A stretch of DNA of 64,000 nucleotides, taken from IMG/VR virus record IMGVR_UViG_3300002134_000110; one strand, written 5' to 3'. The position numbers and the translations under genes were made by a program. This stretch comes from a virus. Below are positions 8,607 to 15,249 of this stretch, piece after piece; the stretch's first letter is position 1, and every line of letters begins with the position of its first letter. Below the pieces are notes generated by a model. It ran no database searches. It saw only the letters and a program-made list of their open reading frames with translations, and was not told where the DNA came from.

Positions 8607-8887
8607 TGGGTAGTGGATATAAAAATAAAAAGAAAAACAATTTACCAGATAGTTATATTGTAAATAAGCAAGAAGCGGCCGCATATACTTGGTGCCTTAA
8701 AAACAATATAAGAATAAGTTTACAAGCAATAGATTACGTTCAAAATCCTGACAAATGGAAAATAGCCATAAGTATAGGTGAGAACTATAAAGCGTTTCAT
8801 TTGTCACCTAGTGTATACACAAAAGACAATGTATGGCAAGAGTATTATAAAGCATGTTTATATTATTACAACAAACACAATAAATAA
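8606..8887 (+). CDS. hypothetical protein (93 aa)
   Basis: The track start at 8594 is TTG. The ATG at 8606 overlaps the primase stop (TAATG). Confidence 0.55.
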   Translation: MGSGYKNKKKNNLPDSYIVNKQEAAAYTWCLKNNIRISLQAIDYVQNPDKWKIAISIGENYKAFHLSPSVYTKDNVWQEYYKACLYYYNKHNK

Positions 8888-9702
8888 TGGATATACAAGA
8901 AGATTACCAGTTATTAATGTCTCAAGCTTTATATAAAGGCAAAAAGAAAACTGATCGTACAGGAACAGGTACATTAAGTCTGTTTGGTAAAACAATCGAG
9001 CATGATATGAGTAAAGGTTTTCCTTTGCTTACTACAAAAAAAGTTTGGTTTAATGCTGCTTTAACGGAAATACTTTGGATTTTACAAGGCAGAACCGATA
9101 TAGGATACTTGCACGAGCATAAAGTTCATTATTGGGATGCTGATTATGAAAGATCTGGTAGAACAGATATGACTTTAGGTCCTGTGTATGGCAAGCAATG
9201 GCGTGATTTTGGCGGCGTAGACCAGCTTAAAAACCTTTTAATTGAGATCAAGTCTAATCCAGATTCAAGACGTCTTATAATCAGCGCATGGAACCCAATT
9301 GAAATGAATGATATGGTTTTACCACCTTGTCATTACGGTTTTCAAGTATATATTAATGATGGGGTTATAGATTTAATGTGGCAACAGCGTTCTGTAGATA
9401 TATTTTTAGGTTTACCTTACGATATTGCAATGTATGGGTTATTATTAGAGTTTTTAGCAAAAGGCAATAAATTAAAAGCAGGTAAACTAATTGGACAACT
9501 TGGTGATTGCCATTTATATAGTAATCATTTAGGGCAAGCTTCTGAGCAATTAGAAAGATATGCTTATGAGTTACCAACAATTAATGTTGAACACGGTTTG
9601 TATTTTAATGAAGGGACTATCTTCATGCCAGTACATAATTCCGTATCTTTAAATAACTATAGATCTCACCCCCCAATTTTAGCGCCGTTATCGGTAGGGT
9701 AA
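8887..9702 (+). CDS. thyA: ThyA-family pyrimidine-C5 transferase (thymidylate synthase homologue) with Asp at the Asn177-equivalent position
   Basis: DRTGTGT, EILWILQG, PVYGKQWR, LPPCH, QQRSVDIFLGLPYDIAMY and GDCHLYSNH align with E. coli ThyA. GLPFN is replaced by GLPYD. Confidence 0.85.
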   Translation: MDIQEDYQLLMSQALYKGKKKTDRTGTGTLSLFGKTIEHDMSKGFPLLTTKKVWFNAALTEILWILQGRTDIGYLHEHKVHYWDADYERSGRTDMTLGPVYGKQWRDFGGVDQLKNLLIEIKSNPDSRRLIISAWNPIEMNDMVLPPCHYGFQVYINDGVIDLMWQQRSVDIFLGLPYDIAMYGLLLEFLAKGNKLKAGKLIGQLGDCHLYSNHLGQASEQLERYAYELPTINVEHGLYFNEGTIFMPVHNSVSLNNYRSHPPILAPLSVG

Positions 9703-9713
9703 AACAAATTATT

Positions 9714-10475
9714 ATGTATCATATATATCATATACCTGGTAAAAAAATCGGCGTTACACGTAATCTTGAATTAAGGGTTACTCAAGCTCAAGGGTACAAT
9801 TCTGATGAATATGAAGTCATTGAATCTTCCGATGATATTCATTATGTATCTAAAAAAGAAATTGCTTTACAGAAGTCTTATGGATATAAGGTTGATAGGC
9901 AATTATACAAAGACTTAATAAACAAAAAATCAAATCAAATGAAAATTAATGTAACCGAACAGACTACAACTTTCCCTGTTCAAAAAGACAAACTTAAAGG
10001 CCATTTAATGGAAACCATTGGTATGAAATGGGAAACATCATTAGGTGAATTTGAATTGACATTAGAATCAATTAGGTGGATTGAACAAAACGCTGTTGTT
10101 TCTATGTATGACACTCAAAGATCCTTTATATATAACAAAGCATTTCACGAGGCCTTCACTGAAAACTTTGAAGAACACAAGCCTACCGTATATGATGATA
10201 TACGTCTTTGGGCAGCCGCTAAAGGCATCTACACTAAAGGGGACAGCAAAACACAATACATCAAGCTTCTGGAAGAAGTAGGGGAATTAGCAAAAGCTAT
10301 ACTTAATAACGACAAGCCTGAAATAATAGACGCTATTGGCGACTGTGTGGTTGTTCTTACAAACTTAGCTAAGCTTGAAGATCTTAAAATTGAAGATTGT
10401 ATACAATCAGCTTATAATGTAATTCAAAACAGAAAAGGCAAAATGATTAATGGAACATTTGTTAAAGAATCTTAA
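9714..10475 (+). CDS. MazG-like all-alpha NTP pyrophosphohydrolase with an unassigned ~150-aa N-terminal domain
   Basis: The C-terminal block KLLEEVGELAKAI ... IDAIGDCVVVLTNLA fits the MazG EExxE/D metal-binding helices. The N-terminal YHIYHIPGKKIGVTRNLELRV is only vaguely GIY-YIG-like. Confidence 0.6.
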   Translation: MYHIYHIPGKKIGVTRNLELRVTQAQGYNSDEYEVIESSDDIHYVSKKEIALQKSYGYKVDRQLYKDLINKKSNQMKINVTEQTTTFPVQKDKLKGHLMETIGMKWETSLGEFELTLESIRWIEQNAVVSMYDTQRSFIYNKAFHEAFTENFEEHKPTVYDDIRLWAAAKGIYTKGDSKTQYIKLLEEVGELAKAILNNDKPEIIDAIGDCVVVLTNLAKLEDLKIEDCIQSAYNVIQNRKGKMINGTFVKES

Positions 10476-10476
10476 T

Positions 10477-10764
10477 ATGAATAAAAAAGAATTTACATTT
10501 CGTGATCCAGTTATTGAAAGCGTTGTGAATAAGTTTGTAGCACGATCTGACGTAGGCTTTAAAAAATATGGTGTAACATTAGATGAAGACCCTGGCAATC
10601 TTAATGTATGGATGACACACCTTCAAGAAGAACTTATGGATGCTGTTAACTATATAGAAAAGCTAAAGCGTGTTACTACTGAAGTTCTACAAGATAAACT
10701 TGTACAGAAGTACGAAGCCTCCCATGATGGGCATATGTTAGACAGTGATGACATATGGCAATAA
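10477..10764 (+). CDS. small MazG-related / dNTP-diphosphohydrolase-N-like protein (candidate)
   Basis: RSDVGFKKYGVTLDEDPGNLNVWMTHLQEELMDAVNYIEKL fits the R..G..KYG...W..H..EE..DA.NY pattern seen in phage NTP-PPase-like proteins. The ATG at 10477 follows the previous stop. Confidence 0.4.
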   Translation: MNKKEFTFRDPVIESVVNKFVARSDVGFKKYGVTLDEDPGNLNVWMTHLQEELMDAVNYIEKLKRVTTEVLQDKLVQKYEASHDGHMLDSDDIWQ

Positions 10765-11207
10765 AACGGCGTACTAGAAAAAAAGGTCCAGTAAGAGCAA
10801 ACAAAGTGTCATATGATGGCATTGACTTTGCTTCAGGTCTTGAAAAATATATGTATATGGCTTTAAAGCAAGCTAAAATACGCGTAAAATACGAAGGTGA
10901 AACATTTGTTTTACTTAATGGTTTTCATTTTGAAAACGAAGTTTATGAAAGACAATCTAATGGAAAAGGAGGCTATATAAATAGAGGTTGTAAAAGAATA
11001 TTGCCAATAAAATATACTCCAGACTTTATAGGTGAAGACTTTATAATAGAAACAAAGGGCCGAGCTAATGAATCATTCCCAATGCGTTGGAAGCTATTTA
11101 AACAGTTAGTAGTTAATCAATTTCCAAATGTAACCTTATATAAACCACAAAATCAACAAGAATGCAACGAGACAATACGCTTGATCCTATCAAAGCAAAA
11201 AAAATAG
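10755..11207 (+). CDS. DUF1064-like PD-(D/E)XK nuclease (Holliday-junction-resolvase-like)
   Basis: DGIDFASGLEKYMYMALK ... YTPDFIGEDFIIETKG matches the DUF1064-type layout by eye. Confidence 0.5.
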   Translation: MAIKRRTRKKGPVRANKVSYDGIDFASGLEKYMYMALKQAKIRVKYEGETFVLLNGFHFENEVYERQSNGKGGYINRGCKRILPIKYTPDFIGEDFIIETKGRANESFPMRWKLFKQLVVNQFPNVTLYKPQNQQECNETIRLILSKQKK

Positions 11208-11332
11208 CTCGCCAAAAATACACTCAAAGACAGATTGACAAATGGATTAAGTGGAGTTGGGAAGTAAAAGGAAAAATCAAATGGAGGGAGCTTGTAGAGA
11301 TGCAAGATAAATATAACATAAAAGTAGAATAA
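11162..11332 (+). CDS. hypothetical small protein (56 aa)
   Basis: Hand-translated ATG ORF ending in a TAATG junction with the next ORF; overlaps the previous gene by 46 nt. Confidence 0.3.
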   Translation: MQRDNTLDPIKAKKIARQKYTQRQIDKWIKWSWEVKGKIKWRELVEMQDKYNIKVE

Positions 11333-11472
11333 TGGCAGCAAAAAAAGCAGCGGGTACAGGAGGTGCTTATGCAAAAGTTAAAGTTAGAAGAAAAGGGGTT
11401 CACGCTAAGTCTAAAACGTCTAAGTTAAAAACTAGCAAAAACTATGTTAAACAATATAAATCACAAGGATAA
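11332..11472 (+). CDS. hypothetical small lysine-rich protein (46 aa)
   Basis: Hand-translated MAAKKAAGTGGAYAKVKVRRKGVHAKSKTSKLKTSKNYVKQYKSQG with TAATG junctions on both sides. Confidence 0.4.
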   Translation: MAAKKAAGTGGAYAKVKVRRKGVHAKSKTSKLKTSKNYVKQYKSQG

Positions 11473-11612
11473 TGGCAGATTGGGAATTAACTATTGGATT
11501 GTATCCTGGAATTTTGTTAGGAATTAGAACATATCCTCAGCCGGCATCGTCGTTACATGTATTATATTTACCTTTTGTAGACATATGTTTAGAGATATTT
11601 AAAGATGAATAA
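11472..11612 (+). CDS. hypothetical small hydrophobic protein (46 aa)
   Basis: Hand-translated MADWELTIGLYPGILLGIRTYPQPASSLHVLYLPFVDICLEIFKDE. Confidence 0.35.
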   Translation: MADWELTIGLYPGILLGIRTYPQPASSLHVLYLPFVDICLEIFKDE

Positions 11613-11766
11613 CGATAAATCATCCGCTATTGAATGGTGGGTAGACGATATGCTTGAAGAAATAAAAGCAATAAAGAATAAGGGGGTTACTAAAAAAGAC
11701 CTCCTTTTATATCTAGACTCGTGGGAGTCAACATTAAAAACAATTAAAAATATAACAAAAGACTAA
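11605..11766 (+). CDS. hypothetical small protein (53 aa)
   Basis: Hand-translated MNNDKSSAIEWWVDDMLEEIKAIKNKGV...; its stop overlaps the nrdB ATG (TAATG). Confidence 0.4.
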   Translation: MNNDKSSAIEWWVDDMLEEIKAIKNKGVTKKDLLLYLDSWESTLKTIKNITKD

Positions 11767-12737
11767 TGGGATTATTTACACCAAGAATTGAATACAAACC
11801 TTTTGAATACCCAATATACTTCACTGAAGGCTGGCTAAAGCAAGCACAAGCGTTTTGGTTGCATACTGAAATAAGTATGTCTGGAGACGTTAAAGATTGG
11901 AACGAAAAATTAAACTCTAAAGAAAAAAGTTTAGTAGGTAATATATTATTAGGCTTTGCACAAACAGAATGTGCTGTGTCTGATTACTGGACGCAGAAAG
12001 TAGTGGGCTGGTTTCCTAAGCATGAAATACAACAAATGGCAATGATGTTTGGATCACAAGAAACAATACACGCTGTTGCTTATTCTTATTTAAATGAAAC
12101 ACTTGGACTGGAGGATTTTAAAGCTTTTTTGCAAGATGAAGCTACTATGGAAAGATTTAATGCACTCGTTTCTTATGAAGGCGCTGATACTCGTGGTATT
12201 GCTAATTCTTTGGCCGTATTTTCTGCTTTTGCTGAGGGTGTTTCTCTTTACTCTGCTTTTGCTGTACTTTATAGTTTTCAACTTCGAAATCTTTTAAAAG
12301 GCGTAGGACAACAAATGAAATGGAGTGTGCGTGATGAATCTTTACATTCTAAAATGGGTTGCCAGTTATTTAGGCACATGTGCGAAGAAGACCCAAAATT
12401 ATTAAATGATTGTAAAAAAGAAATACTTGATGCAGCTGAACACATGCTCAACGCAGAAGAAAACTATATTGACAAAATGTTCGAGCTGGGAGACATCGAA
12501 AACCTTAAAGCTTACGACCTCAAACAATTTATTAGAAAACGACTCAATGAAAAAATTGCTGAACTCGGCTACAGGGACAGTAGGGAGCACTTTGAATTTA
12601 ACGAAAAAGCAGCAAGCAATCTTGACTGGTTCTATCATCTTACCGGGGGGGTTACTCATACTGATTTTTTTGCTATTAGGCCGACTGACTATAGTAAAGC
12701 GGGTGAAGGCGAAGATTTTGAAGATATGTGGGATTAA
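11766..12737 (+). CDS. nrdB: ribonucleotide reductase small (beta) subunit, class I
   Basis: Di-iron ExxH motifs SQETIHAVAYS and RDESLHS, plus AFAEGVSLYSAFA. Confidence 0.9.
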   Translation: MGLFTPRIEYKPFEYPIYFTEGWLKQAQAFWLHTEISMSGDVKDWNEKLNSKEKSLVGNILLGFAQTECAVSDYWTQKVVGWFPKHEIQQMAMMFGSQETIHAVAYSYLNETLGLEDFKAFLQDEATMERFNALVSYEGADTRGIANSLAVFSAFAEGVSLYSAFAVLYSFQLRNLLKGVGQQMKWSVRDESLHSKMGCQLFRHMCEEDPKLLNDCKKEILDAAEHMLNAEENYIDKMFELGDIENLKAYDLKQFIRKRLNEKIAELGYRDSREHFEFNEKAASNLDWFYHLTGGVTHTDFFAIRPTDYSKAGEGEDFEDMWD

Positions 12738-12751
12738 TTAAATTAAATAAT

Positions 12752-12982
12752 ATGAAAGGACAAAAACAAAGTAGACAAGACCTATTAGAAAAAAGAGTAA
12801 AAGCATTAATAAACGTAGTACAACAATTGTTAAATGAAAACTCATACCTTAAAGATTTATCAGTTGGTACATTGGAAGCTGTTAAACTTATGCCAGGATA
12901 TGAAGAAGCAATACAACAATTGACTGAAAAACTTAAAGAAGAAAAAGAAACTAAATTAGATCTTGGGGATGGGCTGGAATAA
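12752..12982 (+). CDS. hypothetical coiled-coil protein (76 aa) between the RNR subunit genes
   Basis: The track start at 12728 is GTG inside the nrdB end; the first ATG is at 12752. Confidence 0.5.
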   Translation: MKGQKQSRQDLLEKRVKALINVVQQLLNENSYLKDLSVGTLEAVKLMPGYEEAIQQLTEKLKEEKETKLDLGDGLE

Positions 12983-14741
12983 TGATTGGATAAAAGGAAT
13001 TGACTACCCTGAGTGGGGGAATACAGAAGTATATAAGAAAACTATTATTGGTGGCTACCTAATACAAGATGAATCGCCAAGAAATGCATATATGAGGGTT
13101 GCATCAACTGTTGCGAAGCGTTTATACAAGCCAGAATTGACCGAAAAGTTTTTCCAGCATATATGGAAGGGGTGGCTTAATTTAGCTTCACCAGTGCTCT
13201 CTAATACTGGTACAGACAGAGGTTTACCTATATCATGCTTTGGTATTGATGTTGGTGATAGTATTGCTGATATTGGGCAGAAAAATTTAGAAATGATGCT
13301 TTTGGCTAAGCACGGAGGAGGAGTTGGTATTGGAATTAATATGATCAGAGCCGCAGGGGCTAGGATTACAGGTAATGGTACCTCGGATGGGGTTGTTCCT
13401 TTCTGTAAAATATATGATTCAACTATACTAGCAACGTCTCAAGGCTCTGTTAGAAGGGGTGCGGCAAGTGTAAATATTAGCATTGACCACAAAGACTTTG
13501 AAGATTGGCTGGAGATTAGGGAACCTAAAGGAGATGTCAATAGACAATCGCTTAATTTGCATCAATGCGCCGTTGTTGGCGATAAGTTTATGCGAAAGCT
13601 TGAAGAAGGGGATCCTGAGTCAAGAAAAAAGTGGAGCAAGTTATTGCAGAAGCGCAAAGCAACTGGAGAACCTTATATTCTCTTTAAAGGAAATACAAAC
13701 AAAGCTAACCCAGAAGCATATAAAAAAAATGGACTAAAAGTGCATATGACTAATATCTGCAGCGAAATAGCTTTGCACACAGATGAGAACCATAGTTTTG
13801 TATGTTGCTTGTCATCATTAAATCTTACAAAATATGAAGAGTGGAAAGATACTAACCTTATTTATGACGCAATTTGGTTCCTTGATGGAGTACTTGAAGA
13901 GTTTATTCAAAAGGCTAAAGGCCTTAAAGGATTTGAAAACTCAGTTCGTTCTGCGGAAAAAGGAAGAGCGCTTGGTCTTGGAGTCCTTGGGTGGCACACT
14001 TACCTCCAGCAAAATGGAATACCTTTCGAAGGGCTTCAAGCTCAGTTTGAGACTAGGAGAATATTTAGCCAGATTAAAATCGAAAGTGAAAGGGCGTCGA
14101 GAGCACTTGCCGAGGTATATGGAGAACCTCTTTGGTGTCGTGATACTGGATATAGGAATACTCACCTTAGGGCTATTGCACCTACTGTATCAAATAGTAA
14201 ACTATCTGGTAATGTGTCTCCAGGTATTGAGCCTTGGGCTGCTAATGTTTTTACGGAGCAATCTGCAAAAGGTACGTTTATTAGAAAAAATAAAGAACTT
14301 ATTAAAGTTTTAAAGAAAGCAGGAATTGATACAGAGGAAACCTGGAACAAAATACTTGAAGATGGAGGAAGTATTCAAGATATAAATAGTTTAGATGATT
14401 GGGGATATATAAATAAAAAATTAGTATATTTACCAGATACATCAGAGCAAGACATGCTAAATGGTTATGATGCCGTTAAAGATGTGTTTAAAACGTTTAA
14501 AGAAATAAACCAGTTAGAGTTAGTTAATCAAGCTGGTATACGTCAACAATATATAGACCAATCGGTCAGCTTAAATCTTGCCTTCCCAAGCATTGCTACC
14601 CCAAAGTGGATTAATCAAGTTCACTTTGAAGCATGGAAGAAAGGAGTAAAAACATTGTACTACACAAGAACAGAATCTGTGTTAAGGGGAGATATTGCCG
14701 CTAAAGCAATGGACCCTGATTGCTTATCCTGCGACGGGTAG
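12969..14741 (+). CDS. nrdA: ribonucleotide reductase large (alpha) subunit, class I, short form without an ATP-cone
   Basis: LSNTG, SCFG, NICSEI, CCLSSLNL, APTVSNS and YYTR, with a C-terminal CLSCDG cysteine pair. The track start at 12963 is TTG; the first ATG is at 12969. Confidence 0.9.
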   Translation: MGWNNDWIKGIDYPEWGNTEVYKKTIIGGYLIQDESPRNAYMRVASTVAKRLYKPELTEKFFQHIWKGWLNLASPVLSNTGTDRGLPISCFGIDVGDSIADIGQKNLEMMLLAKHGGGVGIGINMIRAAGARITGNGTSDGVVPFCKIYDSTILATSQGSVRRGAASVNISIDHKDFEDWLEIREPKGDVNRQSLNLHQCAVVGDKFMRKLEEGDPESRKKWSKLLQKRKATGEPYILFKGNTNKANPEAYKKNGLKVHMTNICSEIALHTDENHSFVCCLSSLNLTKYEEWKDTNLIYDAIWFLDGVLEEFIQKAKGLKGFENSVRSAEKGRALGLGVLGWHTYLQQNGIPFEGLQAQFETRRIFSQIKIESERASRALAEVYGEPLWCRDTGYRNTHLRAIAPTVSNSKLSGNVSPGIEPWAANVFTEQSAKGTFIRKNKELIKVLKKAGIDTEETWNKILEDGGSIQDINSLDDWGYINKKLVYLPDTSEQDMLNGYDAVKDVFKTFKEINQLELVNQAGIRQQYIDQSVSLNLAFPSIATPKWINQVHFEAWKKGVKTLYYTRTESVLRGDIAAKAMDPDCLSCDG

Positions 14742-14773
14742 TATAATATTTAGTTATTTTAGTTAGTTATATT

Positions 14774-14806
14774 AAAAAAGGGGAGGCCGTGAAGCTTCCC
14801 CTTTTT
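14774..14806. terminator. bidirectional rho-independent terminator at the convergence of the two gene arms
   Basis: AAAAAAGGGGAGGC-cgtgaa-GCTTCCCCTTTTT: an 8-bp GC-rich stem (one G-U pair) flanked by an A-run and a T-run. Confidence 0.7.
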
Positions 14807-14839
14807 CGGTTACAGGAACGATTGGGTATGGTGCCCATT

Positions 14840-14956
14840 TTATTTTGTTCCTTTCTTTTTAATAGGTACACAATTAGGTACTTTTTTAGACCCTTTCATT
14901 TTAAAACCTATTGCTTCGTAGCCTGACCAGCAGGCTTTTACTTTTTTCTCAGCCAT
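14840..14956 (-). CDS. small Cys-motif protein (38 aa)
   Basis: Hand-translated MAEKKVKACWSGYEAIGFKMKGSKKVPNCVPIKKKGTK; its ATG overlaps the upstream stop (TAATG). Last gene of the late arm. Confidence 0.45.
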   Translation of the reverse strand: MAEKKVKACWSGYEAIGFKMKGSKKVPNCVPIKKKGTK

Positions 14957-15228
14957 TACTTTCTACCTTTTCTAGTTTTACCTTTAGCTGCATCTGGCAA
15001 ATCCCCAATTTGATTACCAACTTCTTTGATAGCTGCACCTACATCGGCTAACTCTTCTTTAATTCTTCCTAAACGATGCATGGTTTGTTCTTTTACCTTA
15101 GCTGTTTTATCTTCAATAGCATCTGGTATAAAGTTTTTATCGGCATCTTTAATTTTGCCTAAGTGCATAAAGCCTAATACAATATTTACTAATACTGATA
15201 ATCCTAAAATAATAATTAATGGTTCCAT
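14956..15228 (-). CDS. membrane-anchored hypothetical protein (90 aa)
   Basis: N-terminal TM segment MEPLIIILGLSVLVNIVLGF with a charged C-terminal part; co-oriented with the late arm. Confidence 0.6.
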   Translation of the reverse strand: MEPLIIILGLSVLVNIVLGFMHLGKIKDADKNFIPDAIEDKTAKVKEQTMHRLGRIKEELADVGAAIKEVGNQIGDLPDAAKGKTRKGRK

Positions 15229-15249
15229 AGTTATTTGTTTTTATTTATT

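Noticed and set aside
11153-11374. 73-aa minus-strand ORF in the nrdB-upstream region
   Set aside because: It runs opposite to the whole early arm and its product is hydrophobic low-complexity. The plus strand carries a coherent chain of coupled small ORFs.
13834-14313. 159-aa plus-strand alternative-frame ORF inside nrdA; similar cases are 13483..13737, 7684..8073 inside the primase-helicase and 12406..12741 inside nrdB
   Set aside because: They are embedded in genes with unambiguous conserved motifs in another frame, and their products are Leu/Lys-rich low-complexity.
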